Source of the DNA: Octopus vulgaris
Taxonomy: Eukaryota
NCBI GenBank assembly: GCA_951406725.2
Contig: OX597818.1
Location: 44,826,001 to 44,890,000 of the forward strand
Direction of reading: 5' to 3'
Length of the DNA stretch: 64,000 nt
The notes below the pieces were generated by a model that did no database searches, was not told the origin of the DNA, and was given only the letters and a program-made list of their open reading frames with translations. This document shows positions 39,212-52,263 of the stretch, piece after piece. The position numbers were made by a program, and so were the translations under genes. Positions within the stretch are counted from its first letter, which is position 1. Each line of letters opens with the position of its first letter.

Positions 39212-39254
39212 TTAATCTAGTTTTAAAACACAACTCAATTTATATATATACATG

Positions 39255-39498
39255 TACTGGAGTAAGCACATAAATGTGAAACAAGGTGGAAAAAAGAGTA
39301 CTCAAATACTAAAGGTAGAGTAATATGCTTTATTTAAAAGCAGCAGAAATATAACAAAAGCTGTTACTCAGAGTTTCATGTTACCGTTCGGACAGTTTTG
39401 TTAAATATATTTCTGTTTTTTAATAAAACTGTCCGACAAACAGGAACGTGAAACTCTGAGTAACAGTTTTCGTTATATTTCTGCTGCTTTTAAATAAA

Positions 39499-39546
<48 letters not shown>

Positions 39547-39680
39547 ACAAAAGCTGTTACTCAGAGTTTCACGTTCTGTTCGGACAGTTTTGTTAAAATA
39601 GAACAGAAATAAAGATATCTTTATTTCTGTTCTATTTTAATAAAACTGTCCGACGAACGGAAGCGTGAAACTCTGAGTTA
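39255..39680. mobile_element. Two palindromic PLE-pLTR-like units with four hammerhead relics
   Basis: Same motif as 37576-37823; best copies at 39425-39470 and 39642-39680 (+). Confidence 0.7.
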
Positions 39681-39711
39681 TATATATATATATATATATA
39701 TACATACATAC

Positions 39712-39743
<32 letters not shown>

Positions 39744-40556
39744 ATCTATTTATACAAACACAGGCACATGTATATACACATGCATATACATATATAAAGA
39801 TATATATCTATGTGTGTCTGTGTTTGAATGCAGTTATGTATATATTTATATGCCAGTGTTATATTGTGTGAATGCATGAATATAAATTCGGACATCCTGT
39901 TCTTTAAGACACATTATCAACTGAGAACAAAACCTAATTCAAAGGAAAAAAAGTAAAGCATAAGTGAAAAACTTGATCCATCTCCTGCAAAAACAAACAA
40001 ACAAATAAGCAACAAGCGAAGAAAAAAAAAAGAAGCAGAAAGCCCCACCACCACCACCACCACCACCAAACATGCAAGTGGTCTTGTGTTAGTTTGAAGT
40101 AATTACATAGATTACATTTTTGTGGTCAGAGTAGAGATGCATTTTTTTATGATGGTTTTTTTTTTTTTTATCCTGTCTGCTAAATGGAATACACCTATCT
40201 TATTAACATTTTTTATGATGTTAATTCTTTGCCAGATATGTTAAATGTCAAATTTGTTTTTTTCTCTTTGAAGAAGTCTTAGAAAAAAAATTGTCAGTGT
40301 TTAAAAGAACACACCAAGTTAACCATTTCCAGTCAACAAAATTGGATCACATATTTCCCTACCTGAGCCCGAACTGCTGCCAATTGAATATTAGCTAATC
40401 TTATTTCATTTCTTTTCCGACACATATCCTCTTGTGTTTCATATACTTTGGCATACAAATGGTTTGCTAGATTCCTGCAATGAGCCACAAGAGAGAGAGA
40501 AAAAAAAACACATATATAAAAGTAAGATAGGGTATTTATAGAAAAAGGTGGCTTAC

Positions 40557-40577
40557 CTTCGGACGTCCTAGTATCAT
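40557..40577 (-). CDS. Candidate first coding exon (MILGRPK), phase 0, antisense to the + gene
   Basis: CAAAATG start context and AAG|GTAAG donor; upstream 40578-41230 lacks SINEs and has TCAGT Inr-like motifs and a GA tract. Confidence 0.4.
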
Positions 40578-40830
40578 TTTGAAGTTGAAAACAATCCCGG
40601 AATGAATAAAGTTAATTGGATTTGAAATGGAAATGACTAAAACTTTTTTAAAAAATAGAAGGTATTAATTTTAAAAAAGGGGTTTAAACAGATGTGTCTG
40701 TTTGTATGTGTGTGTTTATATTTGACTTTGTAATATGATAAATATAACTTTATATGTATATTTTTATGCACAATTATATGTGTGTACTATATATGTGTAT
40801 ATGTGAAAATTTGTATGCATTTATGTATGT

Positions 40831-40880
<50 letters not shown>

Positions 40881-41464
40881 TGAAGTAAGTGTATGAGTGT
40901 GTTACTAAAGTGTGTAACGTTTAATAAATTGAAATTGCGGATAGGAATAAATTTGTAGTAATTATTGTTCTTTTTAGATCTGCTATTTTTTTTCCACAGC
41001 TGATTGTTATGGTTTTCTGCAACTGTTGTAGTGACTCCCGACAGTGTGATGATAGCATACAAGTGACTGATGCAGCAACAACGATAATGCAGACACCACA
41101 AGGAAAGAGATGACAGGAATGACTGTTTGTGCAACTGATGAATGTTGCGAAGTGACAACTTTATGAATCTCTTTCTGACTATCTTTCAGTCAGTCACTGT
41201 CTCTCTCTCACTCTCCCCTCTCTCCCTTTCTATCCTGTTAAAGAAAAACAATTTATTCCTCAGAATACACATACATTGATTAAGATTGTGACATTAAAAT
41301 CTAGTTAGCGCTCAATCCACATGGTTTTATAAAAACATATTTTAGTTTATATTTCAGTATCAAAGATTAACTCTATTCCCAAAGTTATATAAAATATAGA
41401 AAATAAATAATCTTTTCAACATCTAATTCTTTAATTCTTTTGGGAAGAATTATCAATTCAGAAT

Positions 41465-41675
41465 TACTCTTTTTCTCTTTTACTTGTTTCAGTCATTTGA
41501 CTGTGGCCATCCTGGAGCACCGCCTTTAGTCAAGCAAATCGACCCCAGGACTTATTCTTTGTAAGCCTAGTACTTATTCTATTGGTTTCTTTTGTCGAAC
41601 CGCTAAGTTATGGGGACATAAACACACCAGCACCGATTGTCAAGTGATGTTGGGGGGACAAACACAGACACACAA

Positions 41676-41738
<63 letters not shown>

Positions 41739-41907
41739 TATATATATATACATATACATATATACGACGGGCTTCTTTCAGTTTCTGTCAACCAAATCCA
41801 CTCACAAGGCTCTGGTCAGCCCGAGGCTATAGTAGAAGACACTTGCCCGACATGTCACACAGTGGGAATGAACCCAGAACTATGTGGTTGGTAAGTAAGC
41901 TACTTAC
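41465..41907 (-). mobile_element. Family A SINE, full length
   Basis: Consensus match. Confidence 0.85.
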
Positions 41908-42970
41908 CCCACAGCTACTCCTGTGCCTGCACCTCAAATAATGGTGCTGCACCAGTATGGCCCCAGCCTTTGGGTTGACACATAAGTAAATAAAGAAATA
42001 AATATTTCCTGCAAAAATTAAATTCTGATTCTTTCTATTAGTCTGTTTTTCATCTTTTTTCCTTTCTTTCTCAATCTTTCTTTCTTTCTCTCTTCCTTCC
42101 TTCCTTTCTTTCTTCCTTCCTTCCTCCCCCTCTCTCCTACTGAAACCTTCATGTCATAATCAAAACTGCATCAAAGTGACAATGCTCAAACTTCTGAGCA
42201 AAGTAGGACTAATTACTTCAGCCATAAGCTAATGAAAATGCTCCACTGGGCTCACTAAATTGCATTTCCCAATAGATTATTTATGGTATATCTCTTTTAA
42301 TCCTTCCCAGTTGGTACCATATTCAAAAGATAGCATTAGCGTAGCTAGCAAATCCTCCTTCATTGGAAACCATTATGTTCTGAAACCCTCTTGGTTAAGT
42401 TCTATTCTTTTATATTATACACAATGGGTACTCACCACCCTGCTTTGAATTTGCTACAGCAAGCTATCAAGCTTGTGCTTTCCTTTCTAAGCTTTACAGT
42501 AAACATTGCATGTACATACTGTGCTTCAAATAATTAGTGTACAACTCCCTTTTGAGAAGTCAATGAGTGAGCCACTATTTTGTTACTGGTGATGCCAGAA
42601 ATATTAGACAAAATTTTCCTCAAATCAGATTAGGTTATACAATCTTAAAAAGAAAGTATATATTATACTATATTATATTGTTTCAGACATCTCCAAAAAA
42701 GACGATATGGTCATGACTGGAATGTCTTTGATCATAGGTCTGCTCAATCAGAAATGACTTGCAGGTAAATATTTTTTTTACCATAGGCACAGGAGTGGCT
42801 GTGTTGTATAGGTGCAGGAGTGGCTGTGTGGTAAGAAGCTTGCTTCCCAACCACATGGTTCCAGGTTCAGTCCCACTGTGTGACACCTTGGGCAAGTATC
42901 TTCTACTGTAGCCTCAGGCCAACCAAAGCCTTGTGAGTTCATTTGGTTAACGAGAACTGAAAAAAGCTTG

Positions 42971-43014
<44 letters not shown>

Positions 43015-43508
43015 CTTGTCCCACACAGCCACTCCTATGCCTATAATCTATCAATATATATATATATTATTTTACAGTGTACATTTAAACACATAAGAGG
43101 TAACCATCATTGGATACCTGGCATGCTAGAAGGAATAGCCAAAATTCAAACCACTATTAGGGATAAATTTCGAAGGGAATGAAAAATAAAAACATTTACC
43201 ATCTATCTCCTGGACCATGGTTGCTGGCTCTGTATTAGCAAATAAAATAATTTGCTAGGGGAAGTCTTCATCAACAGGTACACCAAGATTAAATATATAA
43301 ATACAAGGTAATCCAGCATTTGTATGAATAATATATAGTCTATTGACTAATTTTTCTACACGCTAGGCCACTTGCCCTGATATTATTAATTATATATATA
43401 TATATATTAATAGAAATGGTAAGACAAAAAAAGATTGACAGAGACAACAATATTATGTAAACAGAGGAATTTATCTGTAAATATAATATGTGACAATTAT
43501 ATTTACAG

Positions 43509-43768
<260 letters not shown>

Positions 43769-43769
43769 C

Positions 43770-44175
43770 AGGCGCAGGAGTGGCTGTGTGGTAAGTAGCT
43801 TGTTTACCAGCCACATGATTCCGGGTTCAGTCCCACTGCGTGGCACCTTCGGCAAGTGTCTTCTACTATAGCCTCGGGCCGACCAAAGCCTTGTGAGTGG
43901 ATTTGGTAGACGGAAACTGAAAGAAGCCCGTCGTATATATGTACATATATATATGCATGCGTGTGTTTGTGTGTCTGTGTTTCTCCTCCTAGCATTGCTT
44001 GACAACCGATGCTGGTGTGTTTATGTCCCCGTTACTTATCAGTTCGGCAAAAGAGACCAATAGAATAAGTACTGAGAGACCAATAGAATAAGTCCCGGGG
44101 TCGATTTGCTCGATTAAAGGTGGTGCTCCAGCATGGCCGCAGTCAAATGACTGAAACAAGTAAAAGAGTAAAGAG

Positions 44176-44270
<95 letters not shown>

Positions 44271-45110
44271 CATATTTATATATTTGTGTGTCTATGTTTG
44301 TTTCCCCACATCATCGCTTGACAACCGATGTTGGTGTGTTTATGTCCTTGTAACTTAGCAGTTCAGCAAAAAAGACTGATAGGATAAGTACTAGGCTAAC
44401 AAAGAATAAGTTGGGGTTGATTCATTCGATTAAAGGCGGTGCTTCAGCATGGCCACAGCCAAATGACTGAAACAAGTAAAAGAATAAAAGAATAAGCGAA
44501 CTCTATCTCAAGTTCTAGGACTCATAGCTGCTGGTTACCTAGTTTCCACAGCAGATAAATGACTGAGAACTCAACATTCTCCTTGAATGGGATGACAGTC
44601 CATTAGAGAGTTGCTCATTTGCAGTTGAGTAGACGGAAGCAATATGAAATGAAGTGTTTTACTCAAAATTCCCAGCTTGGGAATCCAACTATGACCATGC
44701 AATTATTCTTTAACTAGTTTCAGTCATTTGACTGCGGCCATGCTGGAGCACCACCTTTGGTCGAAAGAATCGACCTCAGGACTTATTCTTTGTAAGCCTA
44801 GTACTTATTCTATCGGTCGCTTTTGCTGAACTGCTAAGTTATGAGGACGTAGACACACCAGCATCGGTTGTCAAGCAATGTTGGGGGGACAAACACAGGC
44901 ATACAAACATACACATACACACACACACATAAATATATATACATATATACGACAGGCTTCTTTCAGTTTCCGTTTACCAAATCCACTCACATGGCTTTGG
45001 TCGCCCAAGGCTATAGTAGAAGACATTTGCCCAAGGTGCCATGCAGTGGGACTGAACGCAGAACCATGTTGTTGGTAAGCAAGCTACTTACCACACAGCC
45101 ACTCCTATGC

Positions 45111-45113
<3 letters not shown>
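43770..45113. mobile_element. Family A SINEs (+ 43770-44178, + 44280-44495, - 44715-45113)
   Basis: Consensus matches; they form an inverted pair. Confidence 0.85.
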
Positions 45114-45177
<64 letters not shown>

Positions 45178-45580
45178 ATTATTTTTGTTGTTTCAGTTAT
45201 TGGTCAGTAACCTTGCTTGGACACCACTTTGAAGAAGTTTTTTTTTTACTGTATTGAATCCCACTACTGCTAATTTCATTGTTTTTGTCAAATACAAAAG
45301 GCAAACGGTCATTAGCATAAAAGGAGATTAATGAAGCAGACCTTTACATTGTAATCATTGTTGTCATCACTACTGTCATCAGCTTTATCATTGTTACTGT
45401 CATCATCATTGTTACTGTCATTATCATCATTGTCCTCACATCAGCATCAATTGTATCACTGCCATTGTTGTTCTGGTTGTTTTAACATGTTTGCATGGCT
45501 CAAGAAGGATTTATTGGGGCAGATTTTTATGGCCAGAGGCTCGTCCTGTTGCCAATGCTTACCTTTTTTCCAGCAAAGTA

Positions 45581-46133
45581 ATAGGTTGTCTGGAAAGTTC
45601 ATGCTGATTTATAGTAGCTTACCTTTTGACTAATTTTAGAATATCGTTGAGTCCATAAAATAGGATTTGACTACACCTCCATTTAGAGCACAGTTTAAGC
45701 TATCTTTCCATGGAAGAAGGTTTATGTTCCTATAAGCTGTGTTAATTCTGTAACCCTTTAAATGGAAGATAAGAAAGTTCATTTTCGGCACTTGATGCTT
45801 TGGGAACCAGACAAAATTTGCTGCAACTTGGCTGGGATGTATTACCCCACCCTCCATATTCACCAGATATTGCTCCTTCGGATTTCCACTTATTCAGGTC
45901 TCTTAATGGTAAAAATTTCAATTCCTTGGATGACATAAAAAGATACCTTGATGAATTCTTTGCCATGAAACCACCTCAATTCTGGGAAGCGGGTATTTTC
46001 AAGTTAAAGGAAAAATGAAGATGCATTGTGCAACAAAATGGTTCATATTTGGTTGATTAAAAATGTAATGACAAGTATTTATTGACCTTTTTCTTTCCTT
46101 TAAAAATCGGCACAAACTTTCCGGACAACCCAA
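45581..46133 (+). mobile_element. Internally deleted mariner (Tc1/mariner) transposon
   Basis: ~30-bp TIRs with TA TSD; N-terminal MEDKKVHFRHLMLW joined to LGWDVLPHPPYSPDIAPSDFHLFRSL...FWEAGIFKL. Confidence 0.92.
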
Positions 46134-47367
46134 TAATATTTTATCTTAGTTCAGACATATTTGCAAGATTGCAAAACAAGCAACACTGCTTGTATGACAG
46201 AGAGAGAAGAGACTAGCACAGAGGGTTTTGTCTAGTTTTGCTTTGAGCCCATCTCATATTGAGGTAAACGCTTTCCATCTTACCCTTATTCTCCATGAGA
46301 TTTCAACAACCATGTCTCAGTGCAGATTTCTTTGTATACTCCAAACAGACCTCCTTTTACCTCCTGTATTCAGCCAAGTTCAGCATCTTCAGAGCACTTG
46401 TATTTTGTTTACATGCGGTTTGTTTTAAGGACTACAACTGAGCTATGCGTGTCCAGCTCTGTCAACATGGTCTGCAGCTGGTTTGGGATTTTGGCAATGA
46501 GAATGATACCATTTGCATTAGTAACCTGGTGATGTTCACACCACCTATTTGAAAAGGGCTGATGAACCAAAGGAGTGTGTCAATCTCCAATGTCTGCTGT
46601 GCCATAATTTCTATGGCTGGAAGCCCTTCCTAATGCCAACCACTTTACAAAGTGTACTGAATACGTTTTAGGTGGCAGTGTGCTAACATTTCTGCCAGTC
46701 CACTCTGCTGAATGGTTGTTGTTAGGAAGGGCATTCATCTGTAAAAATCTTGCTAAAACAGTTGCATAAGTCTAGTGCAGGTTTTTGCTTTGTTGGCTCC
46801 TGTCAAACCGTTCCACCCATGCCAGTATGGAAGGCAGACGTTAAGTGATGATGATGATATATACATATATGTGTGTGTGTATTTGTGCTTGTTCCTGTTT
46901 GAATATGTCTGCCTATATGTCAGTTGTTGTTTCAACACTATTTGAAAAAAAAAAAAACTGCCAGTGTTTATGCCTCATCACATAGTGTGATGGAAAAAGA
47001 AAAGAGTTGATATGATTGGATAAGATTCTTCAAAATGTTGCTCAAGCATGGCTACAGTCCAGTGACTAAACAAAAAAATGAAGAGTAAAAAGTGTACAAT
47101 TAACCATTCAAGATTATCTTACATTATCATTTTTTTCCCATAACGTAAGATTATTTTTTATCAGTAAATGCATGGAAAACAAAAATGAAAACCATTAGCT
47201 TTTAGTGCTTTTTTTATAGTGATTAAAGACTCAGTCTTGTGACTAACAGCAATGAGGTTGTTAGATCTCTAAAAATGAAAGCATTAATCATGCAAGATAG
47301 CTCAATATAATCAACCTAGAGCAAAAATGTGATTAATGAAATATTGTTATTTTCCATTCTTTATTAA

Positions 47368-47560
47368 CCCTTTAGCATTCAGATTGCTCTGTCAAATGTA
47401 ATATTTGTTGATTGATAATGTTTGGGATCCATCATGCATTATCTCATTGCTTCAAGATTTCAGTGGTGCGATTATTTATTTTTAGAATGACATTGCTGAG
47501 TAGGTATGAGAGGCCAGATCTTATCAGTTGGAACTCAAAACAAGTTAAAATGCTAAAGGG
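47368..47560. mobile_element. piggyBac-like MITE
   Basis: TTAA|CCCTTTAGCATT ... AATGCTAAAGGG|TTAA. Confidence 0.85.
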
Positions 47561-47726
47561 TTAATAGCAGGCAACAAATCAGGAAAAATATAATTATGTT
47601 TATCTTGTCTGTTATTCTATGCTGAAATAAATAATTAGATAATTAATTATTAGATAGCTAAAATAGAAATGAATTATGTAATTTAATATTCAAAACAGAT
47701 TTTAGAAGCAAGTAACAAGGGGAAGG

Positions 47727-48010
47727 TGGAGGCACATGGCTTAGTGGTTAGGGTGTTGAACTCATGATCGTAAGGTTGTGGTTTCAATTCCTGGACTGGG
47801 CGATGTGTTGTGTTCTTGAGCAAAACACTTCATTTTCATGTTGCTCCAGTCCACTCAGCTGGCAAAAATTAGTAATCCTGTGACGGACCAGCATCCTGTT
47901 CAGGTGGGGAATTTCTACACCACTAAAACCAGGAAACCGGCCCTTATGAGCCTCACATGGCTCAAGAAGGAACATCTTTTTTTTTAACATGGGGAGGGTT
48001 TTTTTTTTAT
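47727..48010 (+). mobile_element. Family D SINE
   Basis: Inverted match to 7378-7637. Confidence 0.75.
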
Positions 48011-48454
48011 AAAGCAGGTATATGCTGTAACAGCACGTTACTGCATCTACCATTTGTTGGTGATTCCTTGCAGATGACACCTTTGTACCATCTAGGCAAC
48101 AACCCTCCAACACATGGGTCTGTTTGGGTTGTCATTGCTGGTGAGGGTTTTATGATGTCAGAGTGCAAATCCTATCTTAATCTCTATTAGTCACTTTTAT
48201 AACATGCAGAAGAAATATTGGGTCTATTCTTTGGTATGTTGGTCTCCACACAGCACTAGAGCAATGTGAGATGAAGTATTTTGCTCAAGGATACAACACA
48301 CCACCCTGACTGGGAATTGAACCCACGATCTGACGATCATGACTGCAGCACCCTAATCATTAGGCCACATGAATTCTTGAAGCCAGTGTCTTTCTTTATG
48401 ATGCGGTGAGTTTTGTTTACATAAATAGTTTGCTTTGGTTTTGAATAATGTAAC

Positions 48455-49193
48455 ATTGGTTTCAAATTTTGGTACAAGGCCAGCAGTTTTGGGGGAGGGT
48501 GTAAGTTAATTACATCATCCCCAGTGCTCAATTGGTAATTATTTTATTGACCCCTCCCCTCACCACCCACCACCAAAAGGATGAAAGACAAAGTCAGCCT
48601 CAGCAAAATTTGAACTCAGAATGTAAGACAGACGAAATGCCACTAAGCATTCCACCCTCTGTGCTAACACTTCTGCCAGCTTGCCACCTGATTAAATAAT
48701 ATAATATTAACGACCAACTTTTAATTCATGAACTCTATCTTGCATTGGAAATATTTTAGCAAAAGCACTTCTTATGTGTTCACATATATTCCTTTATTGC
48801 ACACAGGGGGCTAAACATAGAGGGGACAAACAAAGGGACTAAGTCGATTACAGCGACCCAAGTGATTAACTGGTACTTATTTAATCGACCCCGAAAGGAT
48901 GAAAGGCAAAGTTGACCTTGGTGGAATTTCAACTCAGAACGTAACAGCAGGCGAAATACCTATTTCTTTACTACCCACAAGGGGCTAAACACAGAGGGAA
49001 CAAACAAGGACAGACAAACAGATTAAATCGATTATATCGACCCCAGTGCGTAACTGGTACTTAATTTATCGACCCCGAAAGGATGAAAGGCAAAGTTGAC
49101 CTCGGCAGAATTTGAACTCAGAATGTAACGGCAGACGAAATACCACTAGGCATTTCACCCGGTGTGTTAACGTTTCTGCCAGCTCGCCACCTT
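48455..49193 (-). mobile_element. Family B SINEs (single copy, then a dimer flanked by ATGTGTTCACATAT)
   Basis: Consensus matches; direct repeat at ~48774 and ~49195. Confidence 0.8.
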
Positions 49194-49430
49194 ATGTGTT
49201 CACATATGCAATACCAGTGTCATGTGTTCTTATGTGTTCACATTGCAATACCAGTGACATGGAAGATACATTTACTACATGCTGTAAAGTGGTCGACATT
49301 AGGAAGGGCACCCAGCCATAGAAACCATGACAAAGATGAGATTAGAGCTTGATGCAGCCCTTTAGGTCACTAGACCTTGTGAAACCATTCAACCCATGCC
49401 AGCATGAAAAGCAGAGGTTAAATAGTAATT

Positions 49431-49470
<40 letters not shown>

Positions 49471-50003
49471 GAGAAACCTGAAGTATCTATTGAATTAATG
49501 TGTAGCTTTTCACATATGTGCAATGGATGTGTAATGAGCTATTTAATGTTCCAGGAAATAAATATGGTAATATATTCATTCCAAAATACATTTTTATTGG
49601 CGAAAGGTAGAACATATTAAGATTATGTTGATTTTTTGCAAAATGTCATTCTTTAATCTGCTTTGCATCTGTCAGTACATGTCGGTATCTGCTATATATG
49701 AATATTAAAATGATACCATTAAAAGAATTAAAACAGCTTAAAAACTAGACACTGTTTAAAATTTGACTATTTAAATGCTTTGAGTTTAAAAAATATTATT
49801 CTATTTGCATAATAATGTTGAAAATATTATAAGTAATAAAGATTTTCAGAAGAGAATATATTGGTCATTATCGTTACTAAATACAGAATTACCCTGACTT
49901 TTTGTCACCAGCATTATGATGGATCGACTATTCTGGAGTGAGTGATTGGTAAACTTAAAAGCATTCAATTAAAGAGTTCAATAATCAGGCCATATGTGTG
50001 TGT

Positions 50004-50045
<42 letters not shown>

Positions 50046-50076
50046 GTGTGTATTTATATGTGTCTGTATATATACA

Positions 50077-50107
<31 letters not shown>

Positions 50108-50304
50108 CTGGGTGAGTGTGTATGTGTGTCAAAATTGCAATGATATTTGATCAATAACTGATGAGGGACTGAGCATGTCTGCATCTATTATATTTCTCCT
50201 GATTGTTCATATCCTCCTTTGTCATCTCCCTGTGCCACGTTGTTATAACAGACAGAATGACAAATATAGATAGATAGATAATATACACATATTTTTTTTC
50301 TGTT

Positions 50305-50976
50305 CCTTCCTGAGCCATGCCTGGCTCATAAAGGCCAGTTTCTTGGTTTCATTGCCATATAGATTCCCCACCTGGATGAGATGCTGGTCTGTCACATGTG
50401 ACCTGCTAGATGCAGGAAGAAAGAGTGAGGGAAAGTTGTAGCAAAAATGGCTGTGTGGTAAGTAGCTTGCTTACCAACCACAGGGTTCCGGGTTCAGTCC
50501 CACTTTGGGCAAATGTCTTCTACTATAACCTCGGGCCGACCAAAGCCTTGAGAGTGGATTTGGTAGATTGAAACTGAAAGAAGCCCATCGTATATATGTA
50601 TATATATGTATGTGTGTGTATGTTTGTGTGTCTGTATTTGTCCCCCCAACATTGCTTGACAACCGATGCTGGTGTGTTTACGTCCCCATAACTTAGCGGT
50701 TCAGCAAAAGACATTGATAGAATAAGTACTAGGCTTACAAAGAATAAGTCCTGGGGTTGATTTGCTTGACTAAAGGTGGTGCTCCAGCATGGATACAGTC
50801 ACATGACTGAAACAAGTAAAAGAGTAAAGAGAAGTTCACTATTACTTTCTGCCAGAGCTGCATGGAGCTTAGGTGTTTCGCTCATAAACACAACACACAT
50901 CGCCCGGTCTGAGATTCGAACCCACGGTCCCTCGACTGTGAATCCACTGCTCTAACCACTAGGCCATGTGCCTTCA
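50305..50976. mobile_element. Family D SINE (-) interrupted by family A SINE (+, 50447-50830)
   Basis: Split consensus. Confidence 0.75.
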
Positions 50977-51144
50977 CACACACATATTTACATGCACACA
51001 AACACACACACATATACTATTTTCCCTTTTTGTCCACTCTACCTTACCTTTTCTTACTACTGACCCTGTCTTATTTGTTCTTCCCTTTTAACCACATTCG
51101 TCTCCTGCCCCATTGTTGTCATTTCTGCTCTTTTATAACACTGT

Positions 51145-51182
<38 letters not shown>

Positions 51183-51380
51183 CTAACTGGCCATCGTGCC
51201 AGTGGCACCTAAAAGCACTCACTACACTCTTAGAGTGGTTGGCGTTAGGAAGGGCATCCAGCTGTAGAAACTCTGCCAGATCAAGACTGGAGCCTGGTGC
51301 AGCCATCTGGTTTGCCAGACCTCAGTCAAATCGTCCAACCCATGCTAGCATGGAAAGGAGACATTGAACGATGAGGATGA

Positions 51381-51434
<54 letters not shown>

Positions 51435-51585
51435 ATTTTAGAATGGTTCCATTAGCTTTTGAAACCTAATAGCCAGTCTTGGATTTTGGATATGTCTATA
51501 CATTTATATATTCACTCAGCTATGATGTAGGAGTGGCACCAATTGATAACCAAACATATTACATACAGAGTAACCATCTTACACA

Positions 51586-51636
<51 letters not shown>

Positions 51637-52168
51637 GCTGACTCCAGACGCAATCACTCAGAATATGCCAATATGCACATGAAAGAATGCAAACACAAGT
51701 ATTGATCAGAGTTATGTAAAATGTTAGCAAAATTTCTAAGTTTGAACAACATCTATTATTTACATACTAATATACCATTGCAAATGATGTTTATCCCTAA
51801 TGTATAGCTTCAAACACTTTTTCATACAAACATACACTGATGCAAGATAAACGCATTCACATATATTGACGCAAATATGCATGCATATGCATAGACATAA
51901 ACATATTGACTCTCATAATCTGAATATACACACATTCATAAACGCACATGTCCACACACATTTTTTTCTTATTAGTGCATACCTGTCTGCAAAACACTGC
52001 CAAAATAACGTAGACATTACAGTGTTTTGAATATAGTATTCTACAGAGATATCCATCATAAGCCAGCGTCAGAAAATGGAAATGAATTAATTAGTATGAG
52101 GAAAATGAACTTTTCTTTCTATCTTTCTGTTTTCTTTCGTTTTTTTTTTTTTTTTTTTTTTTTTGCAG

Positions 52169-52263
52169 ATGAAGAAGTGTCTATGAACTCTACTGACTCT
52201 CCAAGACTAGTGAGATCAATGATCAATGCAGCTAAGGTTCAGAATAAGACATCTGCAATCTGA
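52169..52263 (+). CDS. Probable terminal coding exon, xEEVSMNSTDSPRLVRSMINAAKVQNKTSAI*, of an unidentified gene
   Basis: Very long polypyrimidine tract plus GCAG acceptor; phase-1 open frame ends in S-A-I (class I PDZ ligand pattern); followed by SINE-poor UTR-like DNA. Confidence 0.6.
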
